Virus record (IMG/VR): IMGVR_UViG_2627853869_000007
Origin: a virus
Lineage: Duplodnaviria; Heunggongvirae; Uroviricota; Caudoviricetes
Reading direction: 5' to 3' (one strand)
Length of the DNA stretch: 33,541 bases
Notes under the pieces: model-generated
The model's database searches: none
Told to the model about the DNA's origin: nothing
What the model saw: only the letters and a program-made list of their open reading frames with translations
Shown: positions 11,397 through 20,282 of the stretch, piece by piece
How the letters are laid out: each line of letters opens with the position of its first letter
Position numbering within the stretch: the stretch's first letter is position 1
Position numbers and translations under genes: made by a program

Positions 11397-12261
11397 AATG
11401 AATAAATTAAAAAGACCTGTTTTTAAAGATTATTCTGCATTTAAAAAACTATCTGCAAATAAGAGATTAAAACATCATTCTGTTCTGAATGGACAGGATA
11501 CATTTATACTTAATGCATATAGATCGTACATAAAGAATAAAGGGTATCTTAATGTCAATTCTTGTGGCGTATTGAGTAACAATATTGCTGAAGCTTTGAG
11601 ATATTATTATAACAATCCCGCAAAGTGTTTATCTATAATTGATGATATAAGAGCAGCTAATTCTAACTCTCTATGTCCAATGTGTGGTTCAATGCATAGC
11701 GGGACTTTGGATCATGTTTTACCCAAGGAAAACTATCCAGAATTTTCTTTATTCACTAAGAATTTGGTTCCTGCTTGCAAATGTAATACTTTCAAAAGTA
11801 CTACTATAGCTAATTCTGCAGGCCATCGGATGCTGCATCCATATTTTGATAATATATTAAAACAAAGATTAATATGTGCTAATTTTTCTAAATTAGGGCG
11901 AACACCTACAATTGATGTAAAAATCATAATTGACCCAATGTCACCAGAATATAACAATGTTAAGTATCATCTTGATAATGTTGTTATCAAGAATAATATT
12001 AAGGGGTATTTGTCTGAACAATGGGAGTCGTTTTACTTATATCCTGAGCTTGTTATTAGAGGACTGAATAAGAGTCTTTCTACTTATAGCGATGTATATG
12101 AGTTGTTGACTCGCGAGTTGTTGCTGTTGGATGAAAAACATAAAGGTAAAAATAATTGGAATTCGGTTTTTGTAGCTGGGTTAATTCGACCTGATGTGAT
12201 TAGGTGGATACTCTGTGAATTACATTTAGGTAACAGAAGTCCAGACGGTCGTCTCATATGA
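11380..12261 (+). CDS. HNH-family nuclease (PtuB-like partner); overlaps the upstream ATPase by 17 nt
   Basis: 293-aa ORF with CPMC(99-102)...DH(111-112)...N128...CKC(133-135)...H149/H153 arrangement typical of zinc-finger HNH endonucleases; alternative start at 11398. Confidence 0.7.
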   Translation: MKWAIEMNKLKRPVFKDYSAFKKLSANKRLKHHSVLNGQDTFILNAYRSYIKNKGYLNVNSCGVLSNNIAEALRYYYNNPAKCLSIIDDIRAANSNSLCPMCGSMHSGTLDHVLPKENYPEFSLFTKNLVPACKCNTFKSTTIANSAGHRMLHPYFDNILKQRLICANFSKLGRTPTIDVKIIIDPMSPEYNNVKYHLDNVVIKNNIKGYLSEQWESFYLYPELVIRGLNKSLSTYSDVYELLTRELLLLDEKHKGKNNWNSVFVAGLIRPDVIRWILCELHLGNRSPDGRLI

Positions 12262-12271
12262 TTTTTTGCAT

Positions 12272-12297
12272 CTTCAGCGTGTATCTGCACGCTGAAG
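12272..12297. repeat. perfect 10-bp inverted repeat hairpin just downstream of the HNH gene
   Basis: CTTCAGCGTG-TATCTG-CACGCTGAAG; no U-tract on either strand, so function (terminator vs protein-binding site) is unclear. Confidence 0.5.
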
Positions 12298-12367
12298 AAA
12301 TTCATAAAAACTGCTGGCTATTAATAAATTTTTTAGCTGTGTTAAAGAACCTCATTTAGTGATTACG

Positions 12368-13402
12368 TTAAGTAGCTAGTTTATAACTATCAAATTTAAC
12401 AATGTTCTCACTTACCAATTTATTTATTTCCATCATTCTTTTTTGTAACGGTATTAACTCGTTACGTACAAACTCCAGGCTCGCCTTCTCCACATCCCCA
12501 AACCCCCCGACATTATTAGGCATAATCCCCATCATTTGCGGTGGCACACGATGCGCCGCCATCATGTCATCCCGGCTCACGTTCTTGATGTTCAGAAACT
12601 CATCCTTCGCCGCGACTTCTGACAACGGGATGATCTGAAGCCCGTCCTTTTTGCCGTTAGGCGAGTACATAAACAGATTGCGGAAGTTACCTGGTCCTTT
12701 GGCGCTTTTCATCGCATTGCGGAGGTTGTTCACATCCTCCTGGTTTTGCGCGGCATCGGTCATGTACATGATGAAGCCTGCATGACTGCCGTTAATGTAA
12801 TACTATCGGCGGAACAGCGTGGCGGACTCGTTGAGCAGGGCTGACGGAATGGCAGAAAGGTAACCTGGCAGGCCGTAGATCTCTTGGTTGATGTCCGGTT
12901 CCATCAGATGAAAGATGCTTCCTTTCGTGAACTGATACGGCTGCGTGGTCATGCCGTATTGCACAAACCAGTAGGTATCCAGGTCTAATCCGCGTCGGGT
13001 GTATTTTGCCAGAGCAGGCTCAAGAGCGATGACCTCTCCGAACCGGTTTGTGCGTTTCTCCAGGTAAGCGTTACCAAATACCAGATAATCCTGCACAAAA
13101 CGTGAAAAAGCCTGCTGGCTGAGCAGCGGGTGAGGGATGTAGGTACTGATCAGAATGTTGCATTTCACCGCAATTGGTGAACTGTGATGCACGGCGGCGC
13201 GGAAGGTGCGCGCCAGTCCGTCAAAACTCACTGGCGGCTCATACCAGCGATCTGTCTGTACGCATTCCACATAGTCCAGTAGTTCACGGCGGTCCAGAAC
13301 CGGAACGGGATCGCCGAAGCTGAATGCTTCGGCTGAAGTCTGGTTTTTATGCTGGGTCTGTTTCGTCGCCGCAGCGCGGTTCTTCTTACTCTTTCCCATC
13401 AA
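12368..13402 (-). pseudogene. Q: portal protein GpQ interrupted by a single in-frame amber (TAG) codon at 12803-12805
   Basis: ORFs 12803-13402 and 12368-12769 are in the same frame; read through the TAG they give a continuous 344-codon portal-like protein (...ATLFRR*YYINGSHAGFIMYMTDAAQ...). Confidence 0.8.
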
Positions 13403-15165
13403 AAAATCTCCACAATATTGCTGGTATTGGCGGACTCGCCCTGCAGCGGTTCGTTAAACAGTGCGTGCATTGTTGCCCAGGCCAGATCGGCATGGCTGGC
13501 TTCTTCGCTGCGGCTGGCTTCATAGGTCGGGCGGTTGCCGCTGGCGGTGGTGGCGCGACGGATTGCCATGAATGACTGCGCAATGTCGGTGTGCCCGGCG
13601 TCAAACTCAAGACGGCGGTGGCTGATAATGTCGTAGGCCTTGAGTACCAGGGCGTTTTTAACGTTGGGGTTGTAGACAAACTCCCGGACGGCAGGAAAAA
13701 ACGCTTTCACGTTCTCGTAAACCCCGTGACCAACGCCGGTTGAGTCGATGCCGATATAGGTCACGTTGTACTGTTCAGTCAGTTTTTTGATGGCGTCAGC
13801 CTGGGCGCGAAAGTCCATTCCGCGCCACTGGTGACGCTCAAGAATGCGGAACTTACCGCCTGGCACGGCTGGCGGTGCCACCACCACGCATCCGGCGCTG
13901 TCGCCGTTCTGCGTACCTTTTGCCGGGTCATAACCGATCCACACTTCGCGCCAGCCAAACGGGCGCAGGGCCAGTGCATGAAAGTCGGTCCAGACTTCCC
14001 AGCTGTCCACCATGCACGCCTGCAATTCGCTGAGCGGGAACACGGACGCGAGATCGTCCACGAACTCGCACATCAGCAGGTTCTGGTATTCGTCAGGGCT
14101 GTACTCCATGCGCAACTGGTCAAGGTCGAACAGGTTACAGGCGCCGCGCACCGCATCTTCCACGGTGACTATCTGGCGGTATTGCCCGTCTGCGCACAGC
14201 CGGCCGGGGGCCAGATTGCTGTGGGACAGGTCGATGTCCACCTTGTCAGCTTTGTTGCGCCCACGGTTGAACAGCGCACCGGACCAGAACGGATAAGCAC
14301 TGTGGGTCAGACTGGATGGTGTGGAAAAATAGGTCTGCCGCCATTTCTTGTGAATAGCCATACCGGAAGCCACTTTGCGTAGCTCCTGAAATTTCGGTAT
14401 CCAGAAATATTCATCCAGATACAGGTTACCGTGATAACTCTGGGCAGTGCGGGCATTGGTGCCGAGGAAATACAGTGTGGCCCCGTTGGGAAGCACCATC
14501 GGATCGCCTTTCAGCTCCACCTCCACTTCTTTGGCAAAGTCGATGATGTACTGTTTGAAGACGTGGGCCTGTGCCTTACTGGCAGAAAGGAAAATCTGGT
14601 TACGTCCGGTAAGCAGGGCGTCAATCAGGGCTTCACGGGCAAAATAGAAGGTCGCGCCGATCTGGCGTGACTTCAGCAGGTTGCGGATGCGGTTGGTTTT
14701 TCCGGCTTCCCACCAGTGGCGCTGGTAGTTGAACATGGAGGAATGGAAAATTTTTTCCAGCTTCTCAATCTGGTCATCGGTGAAAACATTCTTTTCAGGC
14801 TGACGGCGTGGGCCTTTGTTGCGGTTGGCGACGTTAGGGTTTAAGTCGGCTTCGTTGCCGCCATTGTTAAACTTGCCGATCCGCGCGTGGCGCTCAGACT
14901 GGCGCGCCAGCAGGTCAATCTCTTTGAAATCTTTCCCTTCTTTGTGCTCCTTCATGATGAGCTGGCAGTAGCGTGCGGCGGTGGTGAGCTGCATCTGATC
15001 CAGAGGCCCATAGTCACCCCACTTGTCGCGTTTTTTCCAGCTGTGAACGGTTGCAACTTTCTCGCCCAGCATTTCAGCAATGCGGGCTACGCGGTATCCC
15101 TGAAAGTACAGCAGCATGGCCTGCCGACGGGGATCGAGATCTGCGGGTGTCAGTGTGGTGTTCAT
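13399..15165 (-). CDS. P: terminase large (ATPase) subunit GpP
   Basis: 588-aa ORF upstream of and overlapping Q, divergent from O; P2-family terminase pattern. Confidence 0.85.
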   Translation of the reverse strand: MNTTLTPADLDPRRQAMLLYFQGYRVARIAEMLGEKVATVHSWKKRDKWGDYGPLDQMQLTTAARYCQLIMKEHKEGKDFKEIDLLARQSERHARIGKFNNGGNEADLNPNVANRNKGPRRQPEKNVFTDDQIEKLEKIFHSSMFNYQRHWWEAGKTNRIRNLLKSRQIGATFYFAREALIDALLTGRNQIFLSASKAQAHVFKQYIIDFAKEVEVELKGDPMVLPNGATLYFLGTNARTAQSYHGNLYLDEYFWIPKFQELRKVASGMAIHKKWRQTYFSTPSSLTHSAYPFWSGALFNRGRNKADKVDIDLSHSNLAPGRLCADGQYRQIVTVEDAVRGACNLFDLDQLRMEYSPDEYQNLLMCEFVDDLASVFPLSELQACMVDSWEVWTDFHALALRPFGWREVWIGYDPAKGTQNGDSAGCVVVAPPAVPGGKFRILERHQWRGMDFRAQADAIKKLTEQYNVTYIGIDSTGVGHGVYENVKAFFPAVREFVYNPNVKNALVLKAYDIISHRRLEFDAGHTDIAQSFMAIRRATTASGNRPTYEASRSEEASHADLAWATMHALFNEPLQGESANTSNIVEIF

Positions 15166-15211
15166 GGCACAAACCTACAGCCTTGAATGAAGGCTTTCCC
15201 CGCCTGCGGTT

Positions 15212-15229
15212 TGTGTGGTTGTCGGTACA
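15212..15229. promoter_or_regulatory. Ogr-type late promoter element TGT-N12-ACA in the divergent P/O control region
   Basis: TGTGTGGTTGTCGGTACA between the divergent P (leftward) and O (rightward) genes. Confidence 0.5.
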
Positions 15230-15307
15230 AATACCGCGCATTGTTTCACTGCCCCTATCACCGCAACCATAAGGCTCCAGTAAGTTTTTTCTAACGGAGC
15301 ACGGCTC

Positions 15308-16141
15308 ATGACAGTGAAAGCAAAGCGTTTTCGCATCGGGGTGGAAGGTGCCACCACCGACGGACGCGAAATCCAGCGTGAATGGCTGGAACAGATGGCA
15401 GCCAGCTATAACCCGGCGGTGTATACCGCGCTGATTAACCTTGAGCACATCAAGTCTTATCTGCCGGACAGCACCTTTAACCGCTACGGCAAGGTGACGG
15501 CGCTGTTTGCTGAAGAAATCACGGAAGGTCCGCTGGCAGGCAAGATGGCGCTGTATGCTGACGTTGAGCCAACGGAGTCCCTGGTGGAACTGGTGAAAAA
15601 AGGCCAGAAATTATTCACCTTTATGGAAGTCAGCCCGAAGTTCGCTGATACGGGCAAAGCCTACCTAGTCGGCCTGGCTGCCACTGATGACCCTGCCAGT
15701 CTGGGCACTGAAATGCTGACATTCAGCGCCAGTGCAGCCCATAACCCGCTGGCAAACCGCAAGCAGAATCCCGCCAATCTCTTTACCGCCGCAGAGGAAA
15801 CGGTGATCGAACTGGAAGAAGTCCAGGACGACAAACCGTCCCTGTTTGCCCGCGTCACGGCGCTGTTTACCAAAAAAGAGCAGTCCGATGACGCCCGGTT
15901 CTCTGATGTGCATAAGGCCGTGGAGCTGGTCGCCACTGAGCAGCAGAACCTGAGCGCACGCACCGAAAAATCCCTGTCTGAGCAGGAAGAACGCCTGTCT
16001 GAGCTGGAGACTGCCCTGCAGGCACAGCAAACCGCCTTTAACGAACTGGTGGACAAGCTGAGTCATGAAGACAGCCGCCAGGACTACCGCCAGCGTGCAA
16101 CAGGCGGTAACGCCCCCGCTGACACTCTGACCAATTGCTGA
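15308..16141 (+). CDS. O: capsid scaffolding protein GpO
   Basis: 277-aa ORF ...RFRIGVEGATTDGREI...INLEHI...YLVGLAATDDPASLGTE...; P2 O-like, first gene of the rightward head operon. Confidence 0.85.
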   Translation: MTVKAKRFRIGVEGATTDGREIQREWLEQMAASYNPAVYTALINLEHIKSYLPDSTFNRYGKVTALFAEEITEGPLAGKMALYADVEPTESLVELVKKGQKLFTFMEVSPKFADTGKAYLVGLAATDDPASLGTEMLTFSASAAHNPLANRKQNPANLFTAAEETVIELEEVQDDKPSLFARVTALFTKKEQSDDARFSDVHKAVELVATEQQNLSARTEKSLSEQEERLSELETALQAQQTAFNELVDKLSHEDSRQDYRQRATGGNAPADTLTNC

Positions 16142-16157
16142 TGGAGCACAAAACCTG

Positions 16158-17216
16158 ATGAAGAAGAATACCCGCTTTGCTTTTAACGCTTACCTGCAGC
16201 AACTGGCGCGTCTGAACGGTGTGGCAGTTGAAGAACTGTCCAGCAAGTTCACCGTAGAGCCGTCCGTGCAGCAGACGCTGGAAGACCAGATCCAGCAGTC
16301 CGCCGCTTTCCTGACTCTGATTAACGTCACGCCAGTGACTGAGCAGTCCGGTCAGCTGCTGGGGTTGGGAGTTGGCAGCACCATTGCCGGAACCACTGAT
16401 ACCACTGCGAAAGAGCGTGAACCTGTCGATCCGACGCTGATGGTCGATGTGGAATATAAATGCGAGCAGACCAACTTTGACACGGTGCTGACCTACGCGA
16501 AGCTGGACCTGTGGGCGAAGTTTCAGGATTTTCAGGTGCGTATCCGTGACGCCATCGTGAAACGTCAGGCACTGGACCGCATCATGATCGGCTTTAATGG
16601 CGTGAAGCGTGCGAAAACCTCCAACCGTAGCGAAAACCCGCTGCTGCAGGATGTGAATAAAGGCTGGCTGCAGAAAATCCGTGAGGATGCACCGGATCAC
16701 GTCATGGGCAGCACCACCACGGGCGGTGAAACCACACCGGGCGCAGTGAAAGTCGGGAAAGGTGGCGAATATGCCAACCTGGACGCCGTGGTGATGGATG
16801 CCGTCAATGAGCTTATCGACGTGGTCTACCAGGACGATGACGATCTGGTGGTGATTTGCGGTCGTGAACTGCTGTCTGACAAGTATTTCCCGCTGGTCAA
16901 CAAAGAGCAGGAAAACAGTGAAAAACTGGCTGCCGATATGATCATCAGTCAGAAACGCATGGGTGGCCTGCAGGCCGTGCGTGCGCCGTTCTTCCCGCCG
17001 AATGCGCTGCTGATCACCCGTCTGGATAACCTGTCCATCTACTGGCAGGAAGACACCCGCCGCCGTTCAGTTATCGACAACCCGAAACGTGACCGGATTG
17101 AAAACTTTGAATCCGTTAACGAAGCCTATGTGGTTGAGGACTACCGCTGCGCCGCACTGGTGGAAAACATCCAGATTAGTGATTTCAGCGCCGCCGCAGC
17201 CGAAACCGGAGCGTAA
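16158..17216 (+). CDS. N: major capsid protein GpN
   Basis: 352-aa ORF ...TRFAFNAYLQQLARLNGV...KFTVEPSVQQTL...; P2 N-like. Confidence 0.9.
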   Translation: MKKNTRFAFNAYLQQLARLNGVAVEELSSKFTVEPSVQQTLEDQIQQSAAFLTLINVTPVTEQSGQLLGLGVGSTIAGTTDTTAKEREPVDPTLMVDVEYKCEQTNFDTVLTYAKLDLWAKFQDFQVRIRDAIVKRQALDRIMIGFNGVKRAKTSNRSENPLLQDVNKGWLQKIREDAPDHVMGSTTTGGETTPGAVKVGKGGEYANLDAVVMDAVNELIDVVYQDDDDLVVICGRELLSDKYFPLVNKEQENSEKLAADMIISQKRMGGLQAVRAPFFPPNALLITRLDNLSIYWQEDTRRRSVIDNPKRDRIENFESVNEAYVVEDYRCAALVENIQISDFSAAAAETGA

Positions 17217-17219
17217 TCC

Positions 17220-17870
17220 ATGAGCCTGAGTCCCGCACGGCAGCATCGCCTGCGCGTTCAGGCTGAACAGGCCGTCCGTGAGGGTGGCAGTGTTCGCCAC
17301 GCATCGGGCTATGACCTGATGCTGCTGCAACTGGCGGAAGACCGCCGCCGTCTCAAGGGCGTTCAGTCCACGGTCAAAAAAGCGGAAATCAAAGTGGAGC
17401 TGCTGCCGAAGTACGCCGCCTGGGCGGAGGGTGTCCTGGCTGCCGGAGGCGCTCAACAGGATGACGTGCTGATGTACGTGATGTTGTGGCGCATTGATGC
17501 CGGAGATTATGCCGGGGCGCTGGAGATCGGGCGTCATGCCCTGCGTCATGGATGGGTGATGCCGCTGGGCAACCGCAACGTGCAGACCGTGCTGACAGAG
17601 GAAATGGCAGATGCAGCGCAGAGCGCAATGCTTGCCGCCACCGGCTTTGATGCCGATCTGTTGCTGCAGACGCTGGAGCTGACAGACGGTCTGGATATGC
17701 CGGACCAGTCACGGGCACGTCTGCATAAAGCGATTGGCGCGGTCCTGAGTGAAAGCAATCCGGCTTCCGCCCTTAATCATCTCAACCATGCGTTACAGCT
17801 CGATCCCCGCTGTGGCGTGAAAAAAGACAAACAGCAGCTGGAGCGCAGACTGCGCAATGACAGCCGCTGA
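17220..17870 (+). CDS. M: terminase endonuclease (small) subunit GpM
   Basis: 216-aa ORF ...QDDVLMYVMLWRIDAGDYAGALEIGRHALRHG...; P2 M-like. Confidence 0.85.
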   Translation: MSLSPARQHRLRVQAEQAVREGGSVRHASGYDLMLLQLAEDRRRLKGVQSTVKKAEIKVELLPKYAAWAEGVLAAGGAQQDDVLMYVMLWRIDAGDYAGALEIGRHALRHGWVMPLGNRNVQTVLTEEMADAAQSAMLAATGFDADLLLQTLELTDGLDMPDQSRARLHKAIGAVLSESNPASALNHLNHALQLDPRCGVKKDKQQLERRLRNDSR

Positions 17871-17966
17871 CAGAACGTGCCCCCGCGCACGGGCGGCACG
17901 GGGTGGCGAAAGGCACAGCCACATCAAAACCCCGTCCACCGCCCTTTATTTCAGGAGAAAGCAGCA

Positions 17967-18430
17967 TGAAGTTTGTTGCGCCAGAACAGGCACCGGAACA
18001 GGCGGAAATCATTAGAAATACGCCGTTCTGGCCTGATGTGGACCTGTCGGAGTTTCGCAGTGTCATGCGCACTGACGGCACGGTGACGCAGCCGCGTTTA
18101 AAGCAGGTTGCACTGTCGGCAATTTCGGAGGTTAACGCAGAGCTGTATGAGTTTCGCAGACGCCAGCAGATGCTGGGGTATGCGTCGCTGGCTGAGGTTC
18201 CGGCGGAACAGCTGGACGGGAAAAGTGAGCGCATTCAGCACTATTTCAACGCGGTTTACTGCTGGGCTCGCGCCATGCTCAACGAACGTTTCCAGGACTA
18301 TGACGCCACGGCATCCGGTGCGAAGCGGGGCGAAGAACTGGCGGAAGCAAGCGGTGATTTGTGGCGTGACGCCCGCTGGGCCATCAGCCGGGTGCAGGAC
18401 GCGCCGCACTGCACAGTGGAGCTTATCTGA
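17967..18430 (+). CDS. L: head completion/stabilisation protein GpL
   Basis: ATG at 17967 preceded by AGGAGA; ...NTPFWPDVDL...NAELYEFRRRQ...DLWRDARWAISRVQDAPHCTVELI; P2 L-like. Confidence 0.8.
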
Positions 18431-18633
18431 TGAAAGTGCGTGCGCATCAGTATGACACGGTGGACGCGCTTTGCTGGCGTCATTACGGGCGCACGCAGGG
18501 TGTCACGGAGCAGGTACTGAAGGCAAATCCGGGGCTTGCCGAATACGGCCCCTTTTTACCTCACGGGCTGCAGGTGGAGCTGCCGGACATTCCGACCACC
18601 ACCACCGTGCAGACCGTCCAGCTATGGGACTGA
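18430..18633 (+). CDS. X: tail protein GpX
   Basis: 67-aa ORF at the P2 X position. Confidence 0.7.
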   Translation: MKVRAHQYDTVDALCWRHYGRTQGVTEQVLKANPGLAEYGPFLPHGLQVELPDIPTTTTVQTVQLWD

Positions 18634-18636
18634 ATT

Positions 18637-18852
18637 ATGACGCTTGAGCGAATCAGCGCCTTTATCACGTATTGCATCGCCGTCGTGCTGGCCTGGCTGG
18701 GCGATTTGTCCATCAAGGATGCCTCAACGCTGGGCGGCCTGATGATTGGTGTGCTGATGCTGGCTATCAACTGGTACTACAAACACAAAGCCTACCAGCT
18801 TCTGCGCGACGGGCAGATCTCGCGGGAGGACTATGAATCCATCAATCGTTAA
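18637..18852 (+). CDS. holin, two-TMD pinholin-like
   Basis: 71-aa ORF with two hydrophobic segments and charged C-terminus, immediately upstream of and overlapping the endolysin. Confidence 0.6.
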   Translation: MTLERISAFITYCIAVVLAWLGDLSIKDASTLGGLMIGVLMLAINWYYKHKAYQLLRDGQISREDYESINR

Positions 18853-19345
18853 ACGCTGCCTTGTCGGGGCCGTGCTGGCTATTGCTGCCACGCTGCCGGG
18901 TTTTCAGCAGCTTCACACCTCCGTGGAGGGACTGAAACTGATTGCCGATTACGAAGGTTGTCGTCTGCAGCCGTATCAGTGCAGCGCGGGTGTCTGGACC
19001 GACGGTATTGGTAATACGTCGGGCGTCATTCCCGGCAAAACCATTACGGAGCGACAGGCAGCAGAAGGGCTGATCTCCAACGTGCTGCGTGTGGAGCGGG
19101 CGCTGGAAAAGTGTGTGAAGCAACAGCCGCCGCAGAAGGTGTATGACGCTGCGGTGTCGTTTGCCTTCAACGTGGGTACGGGCAATGCCTGCAGTTCCAC
19201 GCTGGTGAAATTGCTCAATCAGCGGCGCTGGGCGGATGCGTGCCGACAGTTGCCGCGCTGGGTTTATGTGAAAGGTGTTTTTAATCAGGGGCTGGATAAC
19301 CGCCGTGCGCGGGAGATGGCCTGGTGTTTACAGGGAGCAAACTGA
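18833..19345 (+). CDS. endolysin, lysozyme-like, with N-terminal signal-anchor-release (SAR) type hydrophobic segment
   Basis: 170-aa ORF; N-terminal CLVGAVLAIAATLPG weakly hydrophobic Gly/Ala-rich segment followed by lysozyme-like region ...DYEGCRLQPYQCSAGVWTDGIGNT... Confidence 0.75.
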   Translation: MNPSIVKRCLVGAVLAIAATLPGFQQLHTSVEGLKLIADYEGCRLQPYQCSAGVWTDGIGNTSGVIPGKTITERQAAEGLISNVLRVERALEKCVKQQPPQKVYDAAVSFAFNVGTGNACSSTLVKLLNQRRWADACRQLPRWVYVKGVFNQGLDNRRAREMAWCLQGAN

Positions 19346-19346
19346 A

Positions 19347-19724
19347 ATGAAAAAGAAATTAATCAGCGGGCTGTTTCTGATGTTATGGATGGCGCTGTTA
19401 ATCGCAGCAATGGTGTATCCGCAGGGGATTTTTCCGGTACTGGCAGCGTCCGGCGTTTGGGTAGCCTGTTTACTGACATGGGCGGTAATTCCGGTAGCAC
19501 TGGCTTCGTTAATTAAGAATGGCCCGCTCTGGCAGGAGTTGAGGGCATCTTTACTGAAGACAATTACCCGAAAAGAAAACGTATTTATCAGCTGGGTGAT
19601 ACGATTGCTGATTGTCGTCAGTCTCGCCTGGACGGGGTGGGCCATTACCCTGGTCTTTTATCTGCTGACCGTTATTGCCTTCTGGATCACCCATAATCAG
19701 ATGGCGCAACAGGTAGCCGCATGA
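19347..19724 (+). CDS. LysA-like membrane protein (lysis accessory)
   Basis: ATG at 19347 after GGGAG; 125-aa protein with several hydrophobic helices; position as P2 lysA. Confidence 0.6.
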   Translation: MKKKLISGLFLMLWMALLIAAMVYPQGIFPVLAASGVWVACLLTWAVIPVALASLIKNGPLWQELRASLLKTITRKENVFISWVIRLLIVVSLAWTGWAITLVFYLLTVIAFWITHNQMAQQVAA

Positions 19725-20149
19725 ACCGGTTGCTGCTGGTTGTGCTGGCGTTATTATTGGCGGCGCTGGGCTGGCAGACGTGGCGGCTGGCTGATGCCAG
19801 CCAGACCATCAGCACGCAGGCAGACGAGCTGCAGAGCAAAAGCCAGGCACTGGCAAAGAGCAACAGCCAGCTTATCAGCCTGTCCATTCTGACTGAAACC
19901 AATAACCGGGAGCAGGCGCGGCTCTATGCCGAAGCAGAACAGACCAGTGTACTGCTGAGACAACGACAACGCCGGATTGAGGAACTGAAACGTGAGAACG
20001 AGGATTTACGTCGCTGGGCTGATACTCCTTTGCCTGCTGACATTATCCGGCTGCGGGAACGTCCGGCACTCACCGGAGGTGCAGCTTACCGTCAGTGGTT
20101 GTCCGCGAGTGACGCCGTGTCGGCTGGAGCAGGCAGCGCCGCGCACTAA
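19721..20149 (+). CDS. LysB, Rz-like i-spanin
   Basis: N-terminal TMD then coiled-coil Gln/Arg/Glu-rich periplasmic domain. Confidence 0.7.
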   Translation: MNRLLLVVLALLLAALGWQTWRLADASQTISTQADELQSKSQALAKSNSQLISLSILTETNNREQARLYAEAEQTSVLLRQRQRRIEELKRENEDLRRWADTPLPADIIRLRERPALTGGAAYRQWLSASDAVSAGAGSAAH

Positions 20150-20282
20150 CGGTGATCTGAATGCGTTGCTGGATGAAACGGAGGCCGCCTGGGCGGTCTG
20201 TGCAGACAAAGTGGACATGATTATTGCGTGTCAGGAGCGAAACAGTGAACAAACCACAATCCCTGCGCCACGCCCTCAATAA
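19992..20282 (+). CDS. LysC, Rz1-like o-spanin lipoprotein, out of frame across the lysB 3' end
   Basis: Signal peptide with lipobox LTLSGC; Pro-rich short mature part; starts inside lysB in a different frame. Confidence 0.65.
   Translation: MRTRIYVAGLILLCLLTLSGCGNVRHSPEVQLTVSGCPRVTPCRLEQAAPRTNGDLNALLDETEAAWAVCADKVDMIIACQERNSEQTTIPAPRPQ

Noticed and set aside
9747-12261. PARIS (AriA/AriB) or OLD-type identity for the ATPase cassette
   Set aside because: The partner protein has a Cys-x2-Cys...DH...N...Cys-x-Cys HNH-type motif rather than a TOPRIM/DUF4435 nuclease, and the ATPase has no C-terminal room for a TOPRIM domain; Septu-like is the closer architecture, though still atypical.
13831-14382. 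183-aa plus-strand ORF
   Set aside because: Antisense to the terminase large subunit gene; shadow ORF.
16038-16700. 220-aa minus-strand ORF
   Set aside because: Antisense to the major capsid gene; no motif or context support.
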